Assembly: GCA_963977015.1 (NCBI GenBank) | Contig: CAXBMO010000001.1 | Location: forward strand, 96,001 to 160,000 | From: an uncultured bacterium | GTDB lineage: Bacteria > Verrucomicrobiota > Verrucomicrobiia > Verrucomicrobiales > DEV007 | Reading direction: 5' to 3' | DNA length: 64,000 bases | Shown: in pieces, positions 20,391-30,722 of the stretch | How positions within the stretch are numbered: position 1 is the first letter of the stretch | How the letters are laid out: each line of letters begins with the position of its first letter | The notes under the pieces: model-generated | The model's input: the letters and a program-made list of their open reading frames with translations, nothing else | The model's database searches: none | What the model was told of the DNA's origin: nothing | Made by a program: the position numbers and the translations under genes

Positions 20391-22352
20391 TTAATGTGCC
20401 AGGTTTCGAAGCAGCATAAAGTGAGGGCCAGGTCGTTCCCAACTTTGAAGTAGATCTGTCGGGATGGTGCCGGGGCCCATCAGGGCGCGCTGAAAGTTGC
20501 CTAACACGATATCGATGTCTCCATCGGAATCAATGTCGCCAACATCCATGGGAAGCCATCGACCTCGAAGAGCGGCTTCGACCGTGAAGGGATGGAAGTC
20601 CAGGAACTGGCCACCCTCGTTCTGAAGGTAGACGAACGATTCCTGCGGGCGTTCCTGGTAGTCCGGGAAATAGGCCAAACAGGCGATGTCGATATCGCCA
20701 TCCAGATCGAAGTCTCTCGCATGCGCGTTGAAGGCACCGTTGATCGGATAAAAGTAGGCGATCTCGAATTGGTCCTCTCCCTGGTTCAGCCAGACATAGA
20801 CTCCATGATAGGGTTTGAAAATCTGGGAGAAGTCCGCGTTGTCGCCGCAGGTCTGGATGATGTCCAGTTTTCCGTCCTGATTGATGTCGACCATCTCAAA
20901 CGAACTGGATCCATAGACTGGAGGTATTTGGATGAGGGGTTGGGTCTCAAATTCACCCTTGCCGTTGTTTCGGAGCAGGAAGACACCTTCGCGAGCCTGC
21001 GCCATGAGGGTGACGACGTCCTGATCTCCGTCCTGGTCGTAGTCCAGGATCTGGGAACGAAGCGAGCCCGGGCGAGGGATGAGGATTCGTTCGCGAAAAC
21101 TGCCATTGCGTTGACTCTCATACCAAGCCAGTTGCCCGATGGTATCGCCAAACTGGCTGATGACCGGGTCGAGGCGTCCGTCGCCATTGAGGTCGCCGAA
21201 ACGGGTGCTCACAGGGCGTCGCAACTGAGTGAGTGGCATCACCGGGCGGTCATACGCGGGAATTCCCGGTTGCTCATCGACGAAGACCAGGCTTCCCGAT
21301 TGAAAGTCGTTGGGATCCATGTGGCCAGAGAGCGTCACCGACATTTTGGCTTGGCCCTGATTGGTGACGAGCGGCTCGAACCAGGTTGGCGGGCTGCTGA
21401 GCCGTGCTTCCTGGATCAGGCGTAGCTTTTGGTCAAAGACGAGAAAGGTGTTCGGGTCGGTCTCTCCAACGAGGATGTGTCCCCGTTCCGGATGAATTCG
21501 AATCGTGTTGGTGGCTGGGCGCTGGACAAGGAGGTCCGGAAATTCCACATGGAAGCCGGGAAGCCCTGCGTCAATTGGGCGTGGCGGGGGGGCTGGTTCC
21601 AGGGTTTCCGGAGCATTGCGCCCGTAGTAGGCGACGATACTTTGCCAAGTTTGATCGTTGATCGCCGGCGCGGGAAGTTTGGCTGACTTCAGCGGGTCGT
21701 TGATCGACTCCAGAGAAACCGTGCCGGTATCTGCATGGGGAGTGTATCGGCTGCCACCGGGAGCCATTCTTGGCAAAACGCTGGTGAGCCATGTTTCGCG
21801 ATCCAGTAATTCTGGACCGGGGACCAGATGGCAGGTGGCACAGTAGATCTGGGTCGCCTTCTCACCCGCCAGGGCCAGTTGTGGATCAAAATCGTCGGGT
21901 TGGGCTGGCCGGGTAAGATTGACAAAGCCTTCCGGGATCTCCAGATCGGAATTCGGGATGAGCGGCTGTGGAATGAGAGGTGCTTCCATCTCCTCCGGCA
22001 GCGGGGAGAGGGGAGTTCGGAGGCTGGTTTCGGTTCCAGCAACGGGGTTGAACTGTGGGAATCGGGGTTGGAGCTCCTGGCTTGGGGGGGATGGCTGTGA
22101 TCCGAGATCGACAGGCGAAGGGGCTTCGGGGGCGGTCAGATCAATAACGGGTGTCGTGACCCCAGGTTCGGGAAGGGACTTGATCAAGTCCGCCATCGGA
22201 TGCTTGCCGCGAGGTTTGCCTCCACCGCTGATTAGTGCGCAGCTTGGAAGCAACATCGCGAGCAGGAGAAGCATTATGATGGCCGGATTCCCCGATGACT
22301 TTTCCGTGAAATCCGATGAGAGGGCAATCGATTTGCGATTTTGGCGTTTCAC
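20391..22352 (-). CDS. Lipoprotein with c-type heme motif and FG-GAP/VCBS repeats
   Basis: Lipobox-like LLPSC, Pro-rich linker, CATCH, repeated DxxxDGxxD motifs; start codon uncertain. Confidence 0.8.
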   Translation of the reverse strand: MKRQNRKSIALSSDFTEKSSGNPAIIMLLLLAMLLPSCALISGGGKPRGKHPMADLIKSLPEPGVTTPVIDLTAPEAPSPVDLGSQPSPPSQELQPRFPQFNPVAGTETSLRTPLSPLPEEMEAPLIPQPLIPNSDLEIPEGFVNLTRPAQPDDFDPQLALAGEKATQIYCATCHLVPGPELLDRETWLTSVLPRMAPGGSRYTPHADTGTVSLESINDPLKSAKLPAPAINDQTWQSIVAYYGRNAPETLEPAPPPRPIDAGLPGFHVEFPDLLVQRPATNTIRIHPERGHILVGETDPNTFLVFDQKLRLIQEARLSSPPTWFEPLVTNQGQAKMSVTLSGHMDPNDFQSGSLVFVDEQPGIPAYDRPVMPLTQLRRPVSTRFGDLNGDGRLDPVISQFGDTIGQLAWYESQRNGSFRERILIPRPGSLRSQILDYDQDGDQDVVTLMAQAREGVFLLRNNGKGEFETQPLIQIPPVYGSSSFEMVDINQDGKLDIIQTCGDNADFSQIFKPYHGVYVWLNQGEDQFEIAYFYPINGAFNAHARDFDLDGDIDIACLAYFPDYQERPQESFVYLQNEGGQFLDFHPFTVEAALRGRWLPMDVGDIDSDGDIDIVLGNFQRALMGPGTIPTDLLQSWERPGPHFMLLRNLAH

Positions 22353-22482
22353 GAACGGTTCAGATGAGTAAGATAAAAAATAGTCGAGTCGGTTGCGCGA
22401 ATCAAAGACCGGGTTGGTTCGTCATTGAAGAGGAGAACTCCAAGTTCTGGTAAATCTAGAAATTTCTAAATTTGTTCAACAC

Positions 22483-24003
22483 ATGAAAGCAATTCTAAAG
22501 AATACGTCGCGATTTGCCAGCGTTTTTCTGATCGCCACCATCTTGTCTGTGCCGGTGACGCTCAGTGCCCGGCCCAATGTGGTCTTGTTCCTCGTTGATG
22601 ATTTGGGATGGCATGATCTTGGATGTTACGGGGAGACCTGGATTGAGACGCCTCGCATCGACGAGTTCGCTCAATCGTCGGTTAGATTTACCAATTTTTA
22701 CGCAAATGGAGCGGTCTGCTCCCCAACTCGTGCGGCGATCCAATCGGGCCAATACCCAACCCGATTTCAGCTGACGGCTCATATTCCGGGACATTATCGA
22801 CCGTTTGAGAAGGTTACCGAACCACCGAACGCGATGTCGATGCCTGAGGAGATTGTGACGCTTGGCGAAACCATGGGCCAATCCGGTTACCACACGGGGT
22901 ATTTTGGGAAGTGGCATCTCGGGAAGGACGCGGAGCATCAACCGGAAAACCAAGGCTACCAAACCGTCGTTCGCACCGGAGGAAGCCACTTTGCGCCTGG
23001 ATTTCGGGCCTGGACTCATGGAGTGGGGGATTCGTTGCCGAGCCTTGATTCAGGGACTGAGCGGGGAACGTATCTGGCCGACTATTTGTCGGATTTGACG
23101 TGCGATTACATCCAGGCTCATCAGGACGAAGAGTTCTTTGTGACCGTCGCGCATTATGGAGTTCATATTCCGCTTCAAGCGAAGCGCGAATTGATCGACA
23201 AATATGAGGCGAAGGCGAAAGCGGATCCCGAAGACCCGACTCATCCGGTTTACGCGGCCATGGTGGAGCATATTGACCAGAGCTTTGGAAAGGTTCTCGA
23301 CAAACTGGATGAGCTGGAGCTTGCGAGCAACACCATCGTCATTTTCACCAGTGACAACGGAGCGTTGAAATCGCGCTACGATGAGCAGGGTCACATCGTC
23401 ACCACCAACCAACCGTTGCGTGACGAGAAAGGATCGCCCTATGAAGGCGGAGTGCGGATTCCGACGTTGGTTCGATGGCCAACAGAGTCCATGCCGGGAA
23501 CCGTTTGCCATGAACCCACCATGAGTATCGACTTCTACCCGACGTTGATTGAGGCTGCGGAGTCGATTGGTCCGGATCAGGTTCTGGATGGACACAGCTT
23601 ATTGCCGCTGTTGCGCCGTCCGGGGAGTCGGCTTTCCCGGGAAACCGTGTTTTGGCATTACCCGCATTATCATCACTCGCGACCAAGCAGCAGTGTTCGG
23701 GCGCGGGACTATAAGCTGATTCATTTTTTTGATGATGGAAGCGTTGAGCTTTACAATTTGGCCGAAGACATCGGCGAATCGCAGAACCTGGCGGACGTTG
23801 AGGCCGAATTGGTTCGGGATCTGTTACAGGAGTTGGTCATCTGGAGGGATGAAACCGGGGCTTTAACGCCCTATTGGAATGAGCGTTATAACCCGAAACG
23901 CGCTCATGAATGGTGGAACAAGATGACCTTGGAACCGCTCGATTTGTCGGCGATTCATCAGAGAATTCGCGAGCTTCCGTTCGATGGACCCAAGGGCCAG
24001 TGA
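22483..24003 (+). CDS. Arylsulfatase (Cys-type, exported)
   Basis: Signal peptide, LVDDLG, CSPTR, GKWHLG, FTSDNG, KGSPYEGG. Confidence 0.93.
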   Translation: MKAILKNTSRFASVFLIATILSVPVTLSARPNVVLFLVDDLGWHDLGCYGETWIETPRIDEFAQSSVRFTNFYANGAVCSPTRAAIQSGQYPTRFQLTAHIPGHYRPFEKVTEPPNAMSMPEEIVTLGETMGQSGYHTGYFGKWHLGKDAEHQPENQGYQTVVRTGGSHFAPGFRAWTHGVGDSLPSLDSGTERGTYLADYLSDLTCDYIQAHQDEEFFVTVAHYGVHIPLQAKRELIDKYEAKAKADPEDPTHPVYAAMVEHIDQSFGKVLDKLDELELASNTIVIFTSDNGALKSRYDEQGHIVTTNQPLRDEKGSPYEGGVRIPTLVRWPTESMPGTVCHEPTMSIDFYPTLIEAAESIGPDQVLDGHSLLPLLRRPGSRLSRETVFWHYPHYHHSRPSSSVRARDYKLIHFFDDGSVELYNLAEDIGESQNLADVEAELVRDLLQELVIWRDETGALTPYWNERYNPKRAHEWWNKMTLEPLDLSAIHQRIRELPFDGPKGQ

Positions 24004-24049
24004 GCAAGTTTCTTGTTTGGGTTTTGTAAATAAAATAAACATTTATTAA

Positions 24050-24076
24050 AAATCACAATTTTCATAATTGTGATTT
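24050..24076. repeat. Perfect 11-bp inverted repeat in an AT-rich intergenic region
   Basis: AAATCACAATT-TTCAT-AATTGTGATTT. Confidence 0.7.
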
Positions 24077-24143
24077 CAGCGTGTCGGCTTAACTTTGTTT
24101 CCTGATATTAAATATCTGGATCTCAAAATTAAGTGAACCTCTG

Positions 24144-27100
24144 ATGCGTTTCTTTGCGATTTTCGCTACTGTCCTGCTTTCTCTGACGTGCCTTGGCGGC
24201 ACGTCTTTTGCTGAGGGCGGGTATTCCCATAAGCGAATCGTTTTCACGAACATCACCGAGGGGCAGGGGCTGACTGCGGGGCGGATCCGGAGCATTGTCG
24301 AGGATCGCCGGGGGTTCATCTGGTTGGCGAGCGAAAGTGGGCTTGCCCGATACGATGGGTTTGAGGTTCAGCCATATTTGGGCAGTAGCGGGCTTCAATG
24401 GTCCAATGATCTCCAGGTTTTGGCGGAAGATGTCGCCGGCTGGTTTTGGATCGGCACGCGGAAAAATGGCTTGATCCGTTTTCATCCTGATTCGGGCCGG
24501 ATGGCGCAATTTCGAAGCCAACCCGGGAATTCTGCGACACTGAGTCACAATTCAGTGACCTGCATTCAGCAGGATGGGGATCGCTTCATTTGGGTTGGAA
24601 CCGAATCCGGGCTTAACCGGCTCGACCGCAAAACGGCAGCCTTTGAGCGAATGCTTCTCGGCCCAAACCAGGGCAGGGAATTCGTGACCGACATTGCGTT
24701 TACTGATGGCCCAAAAGGCCGGAACATTTGGGTAGGAACGAAAGGGAGCGGCCTTTATCGCCAGCAAGTCGAAAATACGTGGGAGCAAATTTGGAATCCA
24801 ACCGTCGAATGCACCTCAATTGCTGTCGGACGAGATGAGTCTGGAGCCTTTATCTGGATGGGGACCATCGGCGGAGGAATCTATCGAATTAGTGGAGCGG
24901 GCAAGGTGGTGGATCAGATTAACCCTGGAGACGATCCCGCTTTCGGATTGAATGGGAGCGATATTCTATCCCTGAAGGTCGATAGCAAGGGTGATCTTTG
25001 GGCGGGAACGCCATCCGGTCTGTGCCGATTCGACCACAAACATCGGGAATGGACCTTCTACAATCATAAACACCATGACAGCAGCAGCGTCGTGCGTGGT
25101 GCAGTGGAGACGATTTTCGAGGACCGGGGAAACGTCCTCTGGGTTGGAACCAGCACGGGGGAAATCAGTCAGCATAATTTGGACCGACTTTGGTTCCCGC
25201 ATTATATCGCTGATCCCGCAGATAAAGAATCACTCAGTCACAATTCCGTTTGGGGAATCAGTGAAGGGGCCGACGGTAAGGTCTGGGTGGGAACAGAAGA
25301 GGGCTTGAATCTTTTTGACCCGAAGACGGAAACGTTTTCAAGGGAGTTGAAGGACTCCAGCGGTTCGAAGATTCTCCCCGAAGATTACATTTACTGCGTA
25401 TTGGTCGATGGAAAGGGCAGAATCTGGTTGGGCACCCGGGGGGGCGGACTTTTGCGGAAGGATCCCGGTCAGCATGATTTTCGCGCCTATCGACGAAACA
25501 TTCGTAAGCCGGGTTCGTTGCCTGGCGATTCAGTGTCCACGTTGTTTGAAGACCATGCCGGTCAAATTTGGGTAGGTGTGCTGGGAAGCGGATTGCTGCG
25601 ATTCTCCGAGGAGAGTGAAAGCTTTGAGGCGGTCAAAAACGGTGATGAATTGCGGTTCGTCAATCAGCTGCATCAGGATGACGACGGGCGCATCTGGGCG
25701 GCTTCGGTCGGACGCGGCCTTTGGTATTATGATCGGGAAACCGATGAGATGCGAAGCTACTTTGAACTGCCGGGGATATCTGCTGAAATTCCGTTTGAGA
25801 ACATTTACGCGATTGCGACGGATCAGGACGGTTCAGTATGGTTGGGGGCAGTGGATGGTGGGCTCTGTCGGTTTAATCCCAAAGAGGATGAGGTTCGCGT
25901 CTTCAGTCGACGGACGGCACAACAGGATGCCTGGAATGTGTTTGGCTTGGTTTTCGACGATCGCGGAAAGTTGTGGATCTCAAGTGGGTCCGGATTGTCC
26001 ACCTATGATGCGGAGGAAGATAAGTTTCGTCATTTCACGATTCAAGATGGTCTGCAGGGATTGGGGTTTCATCCAAAAGCAATTCTCAAGGCGTCCGATG
26101 GTTCCCTCTATTTTGGCGGCGTGAACGGATTCAATCGGATTTTTCCCTCCCGGTTGCCTGCTCCGCAGGATCCGCCGCTACCGCTGCTGATTGGCTTGGA
26201 ATTGAATGGTGAGCGTGTCGAAGTCAGCGAAAACGGGCCGCTCCGAAAACCGTTGGCAGCGATGTTTGATGAGCCGCTTCGCCTTGGGTTTGATCGCGAG
26301 CGGCATTTGGCGTTTCGCTTTGGAACACTCGATTATTCGGCGGCGAGTTCGAGCCAGTTTGAATATCGCTTGGAAAATTTTGACAGTGCCTGGCAGCCGG
26401 CCGGCGACATGCGGAAGGCTCGCTATCCCAAACTTCAGCCCGGCGAATATCAATTTCGCGTCCGCGTTTCGCCAGATGGTCAGAGCTGGCAGGAGATGCG
26501 GCAGGCGCTTCGGGTGATCATTTCTCCGCCGTGGTATCAGACAGTTTGGGCGATTGTTCTTTTTGTTGTGGCCGGTATGATGGCGATTGGAGGAGGTGGG
26601 GCGGTTCTCTATCGGATTCGTTCAGCTCAAGAGGTTGCTCAGCGCGAGATGCTGGCCAATGAGCGCAACCGAGCCGAAGCGGCGCTCTCGCGACAGCTTC
26701 AGCAGTCGATGTTGCTGGAGCGAACCAGTGCGGAATTCCGGCGGAGCTTGGATGGAACGCAAGTTTTTGAGAGCGCCCTGCGCGCATTGGGCGAAGACTT
26801 CAACGTTAGCCGTTGTCTTGTTGCCACATTCTCGACGGAGGATCCTTCGAAGCTCGAAGTTCTGGCCGAATATCTCGCTCCTGAAACGCCAAGCCTGCGT
26901 CACCTCGAAGTTGTTGCGAGTCATCCCCTGGCGTTCCAGGTTCTGAACTCTGGTCATGCCGTTGCGATTGAGTCGGCTGATCCCAAGGGCAATATTGCCG
27001 ACTCCTCCCGCCAGGTCATTGGGTTTGATGCTCGCTCGACGTTGGCCGTTCGCACAGCCCATTTGGAAAGTGCGAACGGGATGATTATTCTTCAACAGTG

Positions 27101-28442
27101 TGATGCGATGCGATACTGGGAGGAAGATGAGAGCAAGTTGCTTCTGTCGGTGGCAGGACAGGTTGGTATCGCGATTGCCCAGTTTAAACTAAGCCAAAAA
27201 GAGGCTCGTCAGGCGAGGGAATTGTCTGATGCCCGGCGCGCTGCCGATGAAGCAAACCAGGCAAAAAGTGACTTCCTTGCAAAAATGACCCACGAGCTGA
27301 GGACGCCGTTGAATGCGATCATTGGCTTCTCGGAAGTGATGACCAGCGAAGAGGATTTGAATGCGCGCCAACGGGAGAACCTGGAGATCATCAACAGCAG
27401 TGGTGAGCACCTCCTGGGCGTAATCAATGATGTGCTGGAGGTCTCCAAAATTGAGGCGGGTAAAGCGGAATTGCTGTTGGAGAGGGTCGATCTGGAGGTC
27501 CTGCTGAAATCGGTTCACGGAATGTTGTCCGTGAACGCGAAGGCCAAGTCAATTGGCCTTCAATTGGAAGCGACCTCGACCCTGCCGAAATGGATTGAGG
27601 GAGATAAGGGCAAGCTGCGGCAGATCCTGATCAACCTTCTGAGTAATGCCGTTAAATTTACCAGTGAAGGTTCCGTGGTTCTGCGAGTTGGAGCGCACTA
27701 TCCATCGACCGAACCTCAGGAATCAAACCGGTATCCGTTTATCCTTTCGGTGGAAGTCATTGATTCTGGAGAAGGGATTTCAGAAGAGGAACTTCCCAAT
27801 CTTTTTCAGAAGTTTGTTCAGACCAAGAGCGGGAAGTCATCCAGCCAGGGAACCGGGTTGGGGCTTGCGATCGTCAAGGGGTTTACGGAGCTGATGGGCG
27901 GTGCCGTCCGGGTGGCGAGCAAGGTGGGTCAGGGGACGAATTTTGCACTTCAAATTCCCATGATCCAAGTGGCCGATCTTGGAGAAGGTGAAGAAGCCAA
28001 CGAAAAAGGCGAAGTGATCAGTTTGGCGCCAGGTCATCCGGAGGTTCGTGTTCTGGTTGCCGAAGACCAGCCGTTGAACCGGCTCTTGATGCGGAAGTTT
28101 CTGCTGTCTGCCGGCTTCACTCTTGCCGAAGCTGAGGACGGCAAGATTGCGGTCGAGAAATGGCGAGAGTGGCGCCCGCACGTCATCTTCATGGACGAAG
28201 AGATGCCGAACATGCGCGGAACCGAAGCGACGCGGGCAATCGCAGCAGAGGCGGGAAGTGAGATGCCGGTGATCGTTTCGTTGACGGCGTTCGCGCTCGA
28301 AGATCAACGCATCGCTGCCATGGAAGCTGGCTGTGTCGATTTCGTGGCGAAACCGTTCAAGCGTCACGAATTGTTCGAGGTGATCGCCAAGCATCTCCCG
28401 GTTCGCTACCTTTACAGCAACGAGCAATCTGTCGCGGCTTAG
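24144..28442 (+). CDS. Hybrid sensor histidine kinase (beta-propeller Reg_prop/YYY - TM - GAF - HisKA/HATPase - receiver)
   Basis: Repeated DxxGxxWxGT propeller motifs, TM helix, GAF-like segment, THELRTPLN, NLLSNAVKFT, GTGLGL, C-terminal AED..MD..KP. Confidence 0.92.
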   Translation: MRFFAIFATVLLSLTCLGGTSFAEGGYSHKRIVFTNITEGQGLTAGRIRSIVEDRRGFIWLASESGLARYDGFEVQPYLGSSGLQWSNDLQVLAEDVAGWFWIGTRKNGLIRFHPDSGRMAQFRSQPGNSATLSHNSVTCIQQDGDRFIWVGTESGLNRLDRKTAAFERMLLGPNQGREFVTDIAFTDGPKGRNIWVGTKGSGLYRQQVENTWEQIWNPTVECTSIAVGRDESGAFIWMGTIGGGIYRISGAGKVVDQINPGDDPAFGLNGSDILSLKVDSKGDLWAGTPSGLCRFDHKHREWTFYNHKHHDSSSVVRGAVETIFEDRGNVLWVGTSTGEISQHNLDRLWFPHYIADPADKESLSHNSVWGISEGADGKVWVGTEEGLNLFDPKTETFSRELKDSSGSKILPEDYIYCVLVDGKGRIWLGTRGGGLLRKDPGQHDFRAYRRNIRKPGSLPGDSVSTLFEDHAGQIWVGVLGSGLLRFSEESESFEAVKNGDELRFVNQLHQDDDGRIWAASVGRGLWYYDRETDEMRSYFELPGISAEIPFENIYAIATDQDGSVWLGAVDGGLCRFNPKEDEVRVFSRRTAQQDAWNVFGLVFDDRGKLWISSGSGLSTYDAEEDKFRHFTIQDGLQGLGFHPKAILKASDGSLYFGGVNGFNRIFPSRLPAPQDPPLPLLIGLELNGERVEVSENGPLRKPLAAMFDEPLRLGFDRERHLAFRFGTLDYSAASSSQFEYRLENFDSAWQPAGDMRKARYPKLQPGEYQFRVRVSPDGQSWQEMRQALRVIISPPWYQTVWAIVLFVVAGMMAIGGGGAVLYRIRSAQEVAQREMLANERNRAEAALSRQLQQSMLLERTSAEFRRSLDGTQVFESALRALGEDFNVSRCLVATFSTEDPSKLEVLAEYLAPETPSLRHLEVVASHPLAFQVLNSGHAVAIESADPKGNIADSSRQVIGFDARSTLAVRTAHLESANGMIILQQCDAMRYWEEDESKLLLSVAGQVGIAIAQFKLSQKEARQARELSDARRAADEANQAKSDFLAKMTHELRTPLNAIIGFSEVMTSEEDLNARQRENLEIINSSGEHLLGVINDVLEVSKIEAGKAELLLERVDLEVLLKSVHGMLSVNAKAKSIGLQLEATSTLPKWIEGDKGKLRQILINLLSNAVKFTSEGSVVLRVGAHYPSTEPQESNRYPFILSVEVIDSGEGISEEELPNLFQKFVQTKSGKSSSQGTGLGLAIVKGFTELMGGAVRVASKVGQGTNFALQIPMIQVADLGEGEEANEKGEVISLAPGHPEVRVLVAEDQPLNRLLMRKFLLSAGFTLAEAEDGKIAVEKWREWRPHVIFMDEEMPNMRGTEATRAIAAEAGSEMPVIVSLTAFALEDQRIAAMEAGCVDFVAKPFKRHELFEVIAKHLPVRYLYSNEQSVAA

Positions 28443-28455
28443 AACATTGGGAAAT

Positions 28456-29355
28456 TTAGCGCAGCAGTCCCGTTCGGCTGACGCTGAGAGTCTTGAACTC
28501 GATCGTTTGCTTGACGGGAAGATCGATGCGTTGTGATGGATTCTGGGGATTCGGCGCTTCCATCGTCATGGTGATGTTGGCGGTGCCGTTTCTTGGGAAA
28601 CGCTGCTTTTTGTTGATGGCGACGCTTCCGGTCATCTTGCCGTCCTCAATCTTGAGCGACATCTTCGAGTCCTTTTCATCACCTCCACCCGTCAGTTGCA
28701 TGGCAAGGTTGGCGGAATATTCGATGATGGCGTGCGGATCATCAGCAACTTCGTCACCGGTGTATTTCAGTTCGTAATCCACGTTGAGATTCGTGCCGGG
28801 CCCAAACTGACCGTCCACCTTGTTGCTCCACGTTTCTCCGATGTTGACGCCGGCGACCGGGATCCCGAGATTGAGTTGGGGAATCACCATTTGCGAGAGT
28901 TGCTTGGGGCCAAACTGTTGAGCGAGCGGATTGTTCCCCAAGTCCTTCAGTCCTTCAACCTCCACGACCTCGTCAGCTTCATTGAGATAGATTTTGAATT
29001 CCTGATCCAGAATCGTCGAGAAAGTCTGACCCAGCAGCGTCTTCTCACTGCCCGCCTCTTCGGAATTGTAATTCATCGACAACGCTCCCAGCTTCATGTC
29101 CGCTTTGAGTCGAGTGACCATTGTATTCAGGACGCGCTGCCCTTCCCGGCCTTTGGCGCGGTCGCAGCGCACCACAATATCCAGGCTCAAATCGATGGCC
29201 TGATTGCCAACGCCTCCGGCGATTTCTGTACGCTGCGTGTTTTGTAACACGTACTCCTTGCCGGCCTGATAGGTGGGAGGGAGGAGGGGATCATTGGCGA
29301 GGCTGAGAATCGGAATGAGGAAGAATCCGAACAAGGCGAGAGCAAAGGGCTTCAT
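28456..29355 (-). CDS. Exported beta-rich protein (DUF6263-like)
   Basis: Signal peptide from ATG 29355 (MKPFALALF), VNIGETWS motif. Confidence 0.55.
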   Translation of the reverse strand: MKPFALALFGFFLIPILSLANDPLLPPTYQAGKEYVLQNTQRTEIAGGVGNQAIDLSLDIVVRCDRAKGREGQRVLNTMVTRLKADMKLGALSMNYNSEEAGSEKTLLGQTFSTILDQEFKIYLNEADEVVEVEGLKDLGNNPLAQQFGPKQLSQMVIPQLNLGIPVAGVNIGETWSNKVDGQFGPGTNLNVDYELKYTGDEVADDPHAIIEYSANLAMQLTGGGDEKDSKMSLKIEDGKMTGSVAINKKQRFPRNGTANITMTMEAPNPQNPSQRIDLPVKQTIEFKTLSVSRTGLLR

Positions 29356-29514
29356 GGGCGGGAACATACTCTTCAGACGGTGATGGCGAGTCTTTCCCCC
29401 AAGAAATTCAATTGTGAACTTGGTGGTAAGAAATTTACCACCAAGGGGAACGAGAATGATCATGTGAGGCTGGAAAACGGAACGTTTCGACGCGGTTCAT
29501 CCCTTTTGATGAAG

Positions 29515-29925
<411 letters not shown>

Positions 29926-29950
29926 GCCAGTCTGATTCGTAAAGTCTTGC

Positions 29951-29983
29951 AAACGCGAGTGGGGAAACCTGCTCGCGTTTTTT
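29951..29983 (+). terminator. Intrinsic terminator after glnB (possibly bidirectional)
   Basis: AAACGCGAG...CTCGCGTTT hairpin followed by a T run. Confidence 0.7.
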
Positions 29984-30587
29984 AGGCTCCGCTCCAAATG
30001 CCTTTGGCGTCTGAGACTGCAGCCGCTACGGTTGGGTGGTGGAGGCGCGTTTCGTCATTCGTTGTAAAGATGCGGTCGACGTAGAGTTGGAGCAGGGATG
30101 CACTCTCGAGAATCGGGCCAAGATCAGGTTCTCGATCCGATTCGCCAACCTGAAGTCCGATTCCCACCGAAGAAAGCGGCCATTCCCAAGCGAGGCGTTG
30201 AAGCGGGAGGATCATGGGGTCAGCTGAGGCGATATTGTGGGCGCGGCGAAGCAATTCCGGCAGCCAATGCATCGTCAGATCGACGCTGTAGGTTTGAGAC
30301 GGACCCTTGGGCGAGGGGCATGGTGGCTTCAAATCCGCGTCGATCTGCTCTGCCGGAATTTCGCGGTAGACGAGAAACTGGCAAATTCGGGCGACCTGTT
30401 TTGCAGCCCAAATCGCCGAATCGAGATCGAGCTCCGGAGCGGCATGCGCCATTTCCAGTTTTCGGCGTTCGTCCATCCGCTTCAGTTCGTGTTCCGTCGA
30501 AGTTCGCACAAATCCGATCGGATCGGTCGACTCAAACGGCAACTCGCCGGTGCTTTGAAGTCGAACGAGAAACTCGGCTAAGTCCAT
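29982..30587 (-). CDS. Hypothetical protein resembling the bpX4 component of MoxR-vWA-beta-propeller systems
   Basis: SVDLTMHWLPEL...DP...WPLSSVG...LYVDRI pattern recognised from memory; start uncertain (ATG 30587). Confidence 0.55.
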   Translation of the reverse strand: MDLAEFLVRLQSTGELPFESTDPIGFVRTSTEHELKRMDERRKLEMAHAAPELDLDSAIWAAKQVARICQFLVYREIPAEQIDADLKPPCPSPKGPSQTYSVDLTMHWLPELLRRAHNIASADPMILPLQRLAWEWPLSSVGIGLQVGESDREPDLGPILESASLLQLYVDRIFTTNDETRLHHPTVAAAVSDAKGIWSGA

Positions 30588-30722
30588 TCCCTGACCTAAG
30601 AAATCATTCATCGCCACGTCAAGAAAGGATGAGGAAGTCCATCCGTTCCGCCATTGAAGCCTCCATCGATTATCTTTAGGTGAAAGATTAACACCCTGAT
30701 GGAAGGTTATTGAGAATACAGA

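Noticed and set aside
20500-26100. Repetitive sequence suggesting an array
   Set aside because: These are protein-level FG-GAP and propeller repeats, not nucleotide repeat-spacer units
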